Of a stretch of 64,000 nt of DNA, positions 58,694 through 64,000 are shown piece by piece. The notes under the pieces were generated by a model, which made no database searches, had not been told where the DNA came from, and saw nothing but the letters and a program-made list of their open reading frames with translations. The stretch comes from an uncultured delta proteobacterium (GTDB lineage: Bacteria > Desulfobacterota > Binatia > Binatales > Binataceae): positions 38,628 through 102,627 of the forward strand of contig CAWCDG010000008.1 in the NCBI GenBank assembly GCA_963794325.1, given 5' to 3'. How positions within the stretch are numbered: position 1 is the stretch's first letter; every line of letters begins with the position of its first letter. Both the position numbers and the translations under genes were made by a program.

Positions 58694-59809
58694 CTACTCG
58701 ATCAGCGCATTCACCTCCCTGGCGTACCGCGCCCACGTGAATTTCTCGGCGGTCGCTCTTGCCTCGGCGGCGAGACTTGCGGGCGCGTCGAACAAGGCGC
58801 CGAGGCGGAGCGCAACCTCGCCCACGTCGTCGGGATTGTCGACGCGGAACCCGCGCATCGATGGCGGAATCAACTCCCCGACGCCCGAGAATGCGCTGGT
58901 CATCACCGGCAGTCCGCTGGCCATCGCTTCCATCACAACGTTGCCGAACGGCTCGAACAGCGACGGCATCGCGAATGCGTCCGCCGCATGGAAGATCGCC
59001 GCGACGTTCGCTTGTCGACCGGCGAAGATTACTCGTGCGCTCACGTTGAGGTCGCGCGCGCGGCGCTCGAATTTATCGGTCTGTCGATCGCTCCCCACCA
59101 CGAGCAGGAATGCGCCGCCGGCGACCAGCGGCCACGCTTCGATGAGGAATCCCAAACCCTTGCGCGCGAACCCGTTGCCCACGAACGCGACCACGCGACC
59201 GCTGGCCGGAACCACAAACTTCTGGCGGACCGTCGCGCGCTCCGACGGATCCTCGGTAGGACGGAAGCGCTCGAGATCGACGCCGTTGTAAATCGTAACT
59301 GTCTTTTCGGACGGAAGGTTGAACTCCCGGATCAGATCGTCGCGGACGAAATTAGACACCGCGATTACGCGCTTCAGCCCGCGATGCTGGAACGCCCGGC
59401 GTTCGACGATCATCTGCGCCTGGTGATACGGGCTGAGCCGCATCGCAGTCGCACCGAACTCGCCGCGCCACTTTCGCGCCGCGCGGAGATAGCTGGAATG
59501 AGCGCCGCCGCCGGATCGTATGATGTCCGCGCCGACGCATCGCGCGAAGCTGATCACCAGGTCGGTACCGGCGCGCCGCGCCGCGGGAGCCGCCGTCCAT
59601 GCGAATCGCAGGAGCGACAGCGCGCGCCCGAGCCTCGGCCCTCTGCCGACTCGACGAACGTCCCAATCGCCGGTTGCGCCGCGTATCTCGTCGGCGAAAA
59701 TCGTAACCTGATGCCGGCTCGCGCGCAGGAAGTTCGCGGTGACGATCAAGTCGCGCTCAGTGCCGCCGCCGGCGCTATCGAAACGGCGCGTCAACAGCGC
59801 TATTCGCAT
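58694..59809 (-). CDS. GT4 glycosyltransferase (WaaG-like, LPS core)
   Basis: GGGTER, IAVS, IYNGVD, GNGFARKG, PSLFEPFGNVVMEAMASGLP; start at ATG 59809. Confidence 0.88.
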   Translation of the reverse strand: MRIALLTRRFDSAGGGTERDLIVTANFLRASRHQVTIFADEIRGATGDWDVRRVGRGPRLGRALSLLRFAWTAAPAARRAGTDLVISFARCVGADIIRSGGGAHSSYLRAARKWRGEFGATAMRLSPYHQAQMIVERRAFQHRGLKRVIAVSNFVRDDLIREFNLPSEKTVTIYNGVDLERFRPTEDPSERATVRQKFVVPASGRVVAFVGNGFARKGLGFLIEAWPLVAGGAFLLVVGSDRQTDKFERRARDLNVSARVIFAGRQANVAAIFHAADAFAMPSLFEPFGNVVMEAMASGLPVMTSAFSGVGELIPPSMRGFRVDNPDDVGEVALRLGALFDAPASLAAEARATAEKFTWARYAREVNALIE

Positions 59810-59880
59810 CGTGCGACGCTCCGCGGATGCGCGACCGTTTGCCGTATGATAATTTTCTGCGCGGGATGCGAGGTGGGGAG

Positions 59881-61203
59881 ATGATCGAAATTCAATGCAC
59901 CAGTTGCCACACCCGTTATCGAATTGACGAGCGGGTCCTGCCCGACGATACACCAACCTTCAAGTGCTCGCGATGCGGCCACGTATTCAACGCCGACCCC
60001 GTATCCGCGAAAGTGCGCAAACCCGTTCCTCAAGCGCCCGAGAGTGAATCGCAGGCGCCGCGCACGATTCGTCCCGCGCGCCCCCGCCCGAGCGGACTCA
60101 AGTCCCCCGTAGAAAGCGACGTCGTCAAGCGTGCCGAGTCCCGATCGACCGTTACGCCCAGGCCGGAAGTTCGCGCCCAACCATCGGAGCCCGAGCAGCA
60201 AAAGCCGGTCGAGCGCCCGACTCCAGTGGCAGCGCCCGATCAGCCCGAGAGTCGAAACGAGAAAATCCGGCAGGAACCGCAATCCGACGATCCGCTCAAT
60301 CGCAGCTTCGGAGACCGCGAACCGAAAGCCGATACCGGAGAAAATCTGAGATTCGATTTCAGCGACGAGCGCAGTGAAGTCGCGGACGCGCCGCCGGATC
60401 ACGAAATCGATCGCCCCGATTCTCACGACGGTGGATGGCAGGTGGGCGAGTCCCCTGACGACGACTTCGATCGCCCGCTTGGCCGCCAAGCCCCGACCAT
60501 GATGGATGACGCTGAGCCGGCCCCGCGCCCGACCCGCACCCAGGTGCGTCGCATGGCTGCTCCTCTCGAAGCCGAAGCCCCTCGATACGCACCGGCGCCC
60601 GCGCAAGAGAAATCCAGCGGGTTCCATCTCGGCCTCGCAGACGACGAGGACCGCGCCGAATCGGAGTTTACCGGAGCGACTCATGCGTCGGGGGCTTTTC
60701 TCGCGCTGTTCCTCTTTGTGGCGATCGCTTTCCTCGGCGCAAGCGCACTCATTTGCGACGAGCCCGCCGCCAGCGCGCGCGTTCTCAGCGGGGCTCCGCA
60801 AATCGGTGATTACTTCGCGCGGCCAATTGTACCCGCGATGCTGGTGACGCTGCATGATGTGCGTTCTGAGTATTACACGCTCAAGGGCGGGCATGTCGCG
60901 CTCGTGATCACCGGAAATGCGCAGAATGTCGGCGCGCGCCCGCTGCACCTGGTGGGAATCGGTGCGGATTTGCTCGGAGCGAGCCCCCATCCCGTCGCCA
61001 GCCAAAGCGTGTATTGCGGCAATGAGCTTTCGCCCCAGATGCTCGGTGAGATGACGCCGCGCGAGATCGAATTTTCTCAGGCGCTCAGTCCGCCCAGGAA
61101 CTTTGCGATGGACCCCGACGCATCGGCTCCGTTCCTGATGGTGTTCATCGATCCGCCCACCGGCGTCGGCAAGATCAGACTCTCGGTATCAAAGGCCGCT
61201 TGA
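59881..61203 (+). CDS. MJ0042-type zinc-ribbon protein with disordered linker, TM helix and DUF3426-like C-terminal domain
   Basis: CTSCHTRYRID..FKCSRCGHVF, Pro/Glu/Asp-rich linker, one TM segment, VITGNAQN beta-rich domain. Confidence 0.8.
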   Translation: MIEIQCTSCHTRYRIDERVLPDDTPTFKCSRCGHVFNADPVSAKVRKPVPQAPESESQAPRTIRPARPRPSGLKSPVESDVVKRAESRSTVTPRPEVRAQPSEPEQQKPVERPTPVAAPDQPESRNEKIRQEPQSDDPLNRSFGDREPKADTGENLRFDFSDERSEVADAPPDHEIDRPDSHDGGWQVGESPDDDFDRPLGRQAPTMMDDAEPAPRPTRTQVRRMAAPLEAEAPRYAPAPAQEKSSGFHLGLADDEDRAESEFTGATHASGAFLALFLFVAIAFLGASALICDEPAASARVLSGAPQIGDYFARPIVPAMLVTLHDVRSEYYTLKGGHVALVITGNAQNVGARPLHLVGIGADLLGASPHPVASQSVYCGNELSPQMLGEMTPREIEFSQALSPPRNFAMDPDASAPFLMVFIDPPTGVGKIRLSVSKAA

Positions 61204-61238
61204 GCTCGGGCTGCCGGCCTGAATCGTCGTCGCCGCGG

Positions 61239-61628
61239 CTATTCCTTCTCGCGCGCGAGCAGTTCGGTGTATTCGTCGGCGTCCATCAGATCTTCGAGAT
61301 CGGTCATGTCGGTAATCTTCACCTTGATCAGCCATCCGTCGCCGTATGGATCCTCGTTGACGGTCTCGGGGCTCTCGGGTAGGTCCTCGTTGATCTCGAT
61401 CACGGTGCCGGTGACTGGCGCGTAGATATCCGACACCGCTTTGACCGACTCGACGACGCCGAACGGATCGTCCTTGCTGACCTTGTCGCCGACTGCGGGC
61501 AATTCGATATAGACAATCTCGCCCAACTGGTCTTGCGCATGATCGGTGATTCCAATGGTCGCAACCGTATCTTCAGTCGCGACCCATTCATGCTCTTTCG
61601 AATATTTGAGTCCCTGCGGGATCTCCAT
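61239..61628 (-). CDS. gcvH: Glycine cleavage system H protein (lipoyl carrier)
   Basis: YSKEHEW, GITDHAQDQLG, VESVKAVSD (lipoyl-Lys), NEDPYGDGW; GGAGG RBS before ATG 61628. Confidence 0.95.
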   Translation of the reverse strand: MEIPQGLKYSKEHEWVATEDTVATIGITDHAQDQLGEIVYIELPAVGDKVSKDDPFGVVESVKAVSDIYAPVTGTVIEINEDLPESPETVNEDPYGDGWLIKVKITDMTDLEDLMDADEYTELLAREKE

Positions 61629-61881
61629 GATTCCTCCGTAGATCGCGAGCGGCGCGCATTTCAGGTCCGGCGCGCGCCCCGTTCGAATCGCGATCCATCC
61701 AAGCTTCATGAAGCGCAGCGGCGCGAGTTTTGTCAAGTTCCGATTCGCACCCCGCCGCGGATCGTTCACACCGATGACTCTTGACTGTCGCGCGTCGATG
61801 GCGTTAGTGCGTTCAGCCGCCGCGATTGCCAGCGCCTGACCCCGCACCGTATCGTCGATGCGGGCGGAGGAACTATTGAGC

Positions 61882-62988
61882 ATGAATGTCGGCATCCCCA
61901 CCGAAATTAAATCCGACGAGCAGCGCGTATCGCTTACTCCGGCCGGAGTCGCCGCGTTGCGCACTCACGGCCATCGCGTGTCGGTGCAGGCAGGCGCGGG
62001 TGTCGGCAGCGGATTTGCCGACAGCGATTATCGCAAAGCGGGGGCATCGATCGTGAACGGCGCGAGCGGCGTGTGGTTCCGCGCCGACATGATTTTAAAA
62101 GTTAAAGAGCCGCAGCCGCCGGAATACCCGCTGATGCGGCCCGGGCAGATACTTTTCACCTATCTGCATCTCGCCGCGGACCCTCGTCTGTCGCGCGAGT
62201 TGCTGCGACGCCGCGTGACGGCAGTCGGTTACGAAACGATCCAGCTCGAAGACTCGAGCCTGCCGCTGCTCGCGCCGATGAGCGAAGTTGCGGGACGCCT
62301 CGCGATCCAGGCCGGCTCATGGTGCCTGCAGGCGCGCAGCGGCGGACGCGGCGTGCTGCTCAGCGGAGCGTCCGGTGTCCGTCCCGGCAAAGTTGTCGTG
62401 CTCGGCGGTGGAATCTCGGGATTGAACGCATGCCGCGTCGCTGCCGGAGTCGGCGCCGAAGTGACAATCATGGATATCAACCCGACCCGTCTGCGATACC
62501 TTGGCGACCTGCTCGGCGGGCGCGTAACGACGGTCATGTCGAATCGCGCGACGCTCGAAGAAGAAGTTACCAACTGCGATCTCGTGATCGGTGCGGTGTT
62601 GGTGCCGGGCGCACGCGCTCCGCGGCTGCTGAGCGCGAAGATGGTCTCGCGGATGCGTCCTGGCGCGGCGATCGTGGATCTATCGATCGATCAAGGTGGA
62701 ATCGCGGAAACTTCCGCGCCGACCACGCACGCGCGCCCAACCTTCATTCGCAACGGCGTCGTGCACTACTGCGTCACCAACATGCCCGCGATGGTCCCGC
62801 ATACTTCGACTTACGCGCTCACCAACGCAACCCTGACCTACGCCCTGGAGATCGCAGATCAAGGCATCCTCGAAGCCGGCCTGCTAAATGCAGCCATCCG
62901 CCACGGCGTCAACACCTACGACGGCCATGTGGTACATCCCGCCGTCGCGCAAGCGCTAAAGATGAAACCGCTTTCCCCTTGGTCATAG
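61882..62988 (+). CDS. ald: Alanine dehydrogenase
   Basis: GIPTEIK..EQRV, KVKEP, FTYLHLA, LAPMSEVAG, IDQGG, HYCVTNMP. Confidence 0.95.
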   Translation: MNVGIPTEIKSDEQRVSLTPAGVAALRTHGHRVSVQAGAGVGSGFADSDYRKAGASIVNGASGVWFRADMILKVKEPQPPEYPLMRPGQILFTYLHLAADPRLSRELLRRRVTAVGYETIQLEDSSLPLLAPMSEVAGRLAIQAGSWCLQARSGGRGVLLSGASGVRPGKVVVLGGGISGLNACRVAAGVGAEVTIMDINPTRLRYLGDLLGGRVTTVMSNRATLEEEVTNCDLVIGAVLVPGARAPRLLSAKMVSRMRPGAAIVDLSIDQGGIAETSAPTTHARPTFIRNGVVHYCVTNMPAMVPHTSTYALTNATLTYALEIADQGILEAGLLNAAIRHGVNTYDGHVVHPAVAQALKMKPLSPWS

Positions 62989-63040
62989 ATCCCATTGCAT
63001 CGCGACCTTTGCCAGCAACCCTTCGTTGCTCAGGCAGGCT

Positions 63041-63080
63041 CTAACCCCTAACCCCTTCCCGAACGGGAAGGGGAACCGGA
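63041..63080. repeat. REP-like repeat family A copy 5
   Basis: ctaacccctaaCCCCTTCCCgaacGGGAAGGGGaaccgga. Confidence 0.88.
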
Positions 63081-63089
63081 CGCGAAGAA

Positions 63090-63209
63090 GCCTCCGCCTC
63101 ACTAAATTCTAACAGGGACGAAGTCCCGCATGTTTCTTTTCACTGGGTGCAGGGGTCACCCCTGCCGCGGAAGCGTGAAACCCGCGAAGGGTTTCACATT
63201 AAATAAGTG
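63090..63209 (+). repeat. Repeat family B copy 3 (three hairpins)
   Basis: GGGACgaaGTCCC, GCAGGGGtcaCCCCTGC, GTGAAACCCgcgaaGGGTTTCAC. Confidence 0.88.
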
Positions 63210-63220
63210 CTCTCCCCCTT

Positions 63221-64000
63221 CTAATAGATCCCGTTCGGCCCGGTATTGTACCGCTGCTGCCCCGACTTGAGTTCGCCGTAGGTACCGGTTTCGAAGCGCT
63301 TGACGTTTGCCGACAGATTGAGATCGCCGTGAAGATCAGCCACCGCTTCCTTCACTCCTTCCTGCGCGATCTCGTGCGCGCGCACCCAACGTCCGGAGCG
63401 TTGCACGAAATTGGCGAGGTCGAAAAGATTCTGGCTTAGCGCCGCCTGCGATTTCGCAAACTTCGCCGTCCACACGATTTGCTTGCTCTTCAGATCGACG
63501 AACTTCAACGAGAACGACACCGACGCCGGGCTCGCCGCCGAGTAATCCATCCCGACCCGTTCCTGGTATCTTTCGACCGAGCCGTAGAGTACTCCGTCGG
63601 CCGACACGTCATGGCCGAGTTTGAGCGCGTTGTCATCGAGATTGCCAAGGTTGGTCGGCGGCAATTTCTGCATCGCGTCCGTGACGTCCTGTTCGGGAAT
63701 CGGATCCCATCCACCGGCTACTGCGACCTGGCTGTAGATCTCGGCGCTAATCGCCTCGGCGGCTCCTGGAGCCAGCGGCTCGCCGCTGCCAGGATTGTCC
63801 ACCAGCGGCATCACGGCGACCCGATTGATTGTGATCGTTTTGATCGAGCGCACCGCATGCGCCTTCACGTCGCGCTGATTGATCGCGTCGCTCACCGCAC
63901 CGGTCGTCGAATTAACCGCGTCGTCCGTGATCGTGGTGCATCCGCACGCCAGCCACATCGATGCGGCTACGAGCGCCAACTTGGCCGCCCAGCGGGAATT
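63221..64000 (-). CDS. Putative lipoprotein (CsgG/TolB-N-like alpha/beta fold); true start probably at or beyond the window edge
   Basis: Lipobox-like ACGC, RVAVMP, ADGVLYGSV..Y, LKFVDLKSKQIVW. Confidence 0.65.
   Translation of the reverse strand, partial: NSRWAAKLALVAASMWLACGCTTITDDAVNSTTGAVSDAINQRDVKAHAVRSIKTITINRVAVMPLVDNPGSGEPLAPGAAEAISAEIYSQVAVAGGWDPIPEQDVTDAMQKLPPTNLGNLDDNALKLGHDVSADGVLYGSVERYQERVGMDYSAASPASVSFSLKFVDLKSKQIVWTAKFAKSQAALSQNLFDLANFVQRSGRWVRAHEIAQEGVKEAVADLHGDLNLSANVKRFETGTYGELKSGQQRYNTGPNGIY

Noticed and set aside
61629-61881. Glycine riboswitch upstream of gcvH or ald
   Set aside because: Conserved GGAGA..CCGAAG..CUCUCAGG elements not found on either strand
3285-63209. 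Repeats as a CRISPR array
   Set aside because: Copies are dispersed rather than regularly spaced with unique spacers; no cas genes

Overview
GC-rich bacterial chromosomal window made mostly of housekeeping genes. The organism is diderm (it has LpxC); gene order and content suggest a Desulfobacterota/Binatia-like lineage, which is inference only. The left half is almost all + strand: sdhB-sucCD-ndk-rlmN-mtnP-sugar/LPS genes-lepA-lepB, then pyrR-pyrB*-pyrC-carA-carB-recG. The right half is mostly - strand: LOG/RNase, an NHL protein, MoxR-VWA, a TA pair, NtrY-like kinase, REC-LpxC, an EF-G paralog, birA, nadC, valS and tRNA-Leu. A 28-bp XerCD dif-like site (30211-30238) lies where gene orientation switches, so the window probably spans the replication terminus. 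Two unusual enzyme-regulator fusions stand out. (1) An aspartate transcarbamoylase reads, after correcting two 1-bp indels, as PyrB + PyrI-type Zn domain + degenerate Ada-like module + a second PyrR-like PRTase domain; it sits behind a normal pyrR and a PyrR-type attenuator. (2) An intact response-regulator receiver domain is fused in frame to a catalytically intact LpxC, directly downstream of an NtrY-like histidine kinase. Several families of intergenic palindromic REP-like repeats are present, one with compensatory base changes. Four genes carry single-base frameshifts (five in total) that are probably assembly errors. No CRISPR array, rRNA, integrase or transposase was seen. All calls come from motif recognition by eye; no database searches were run.
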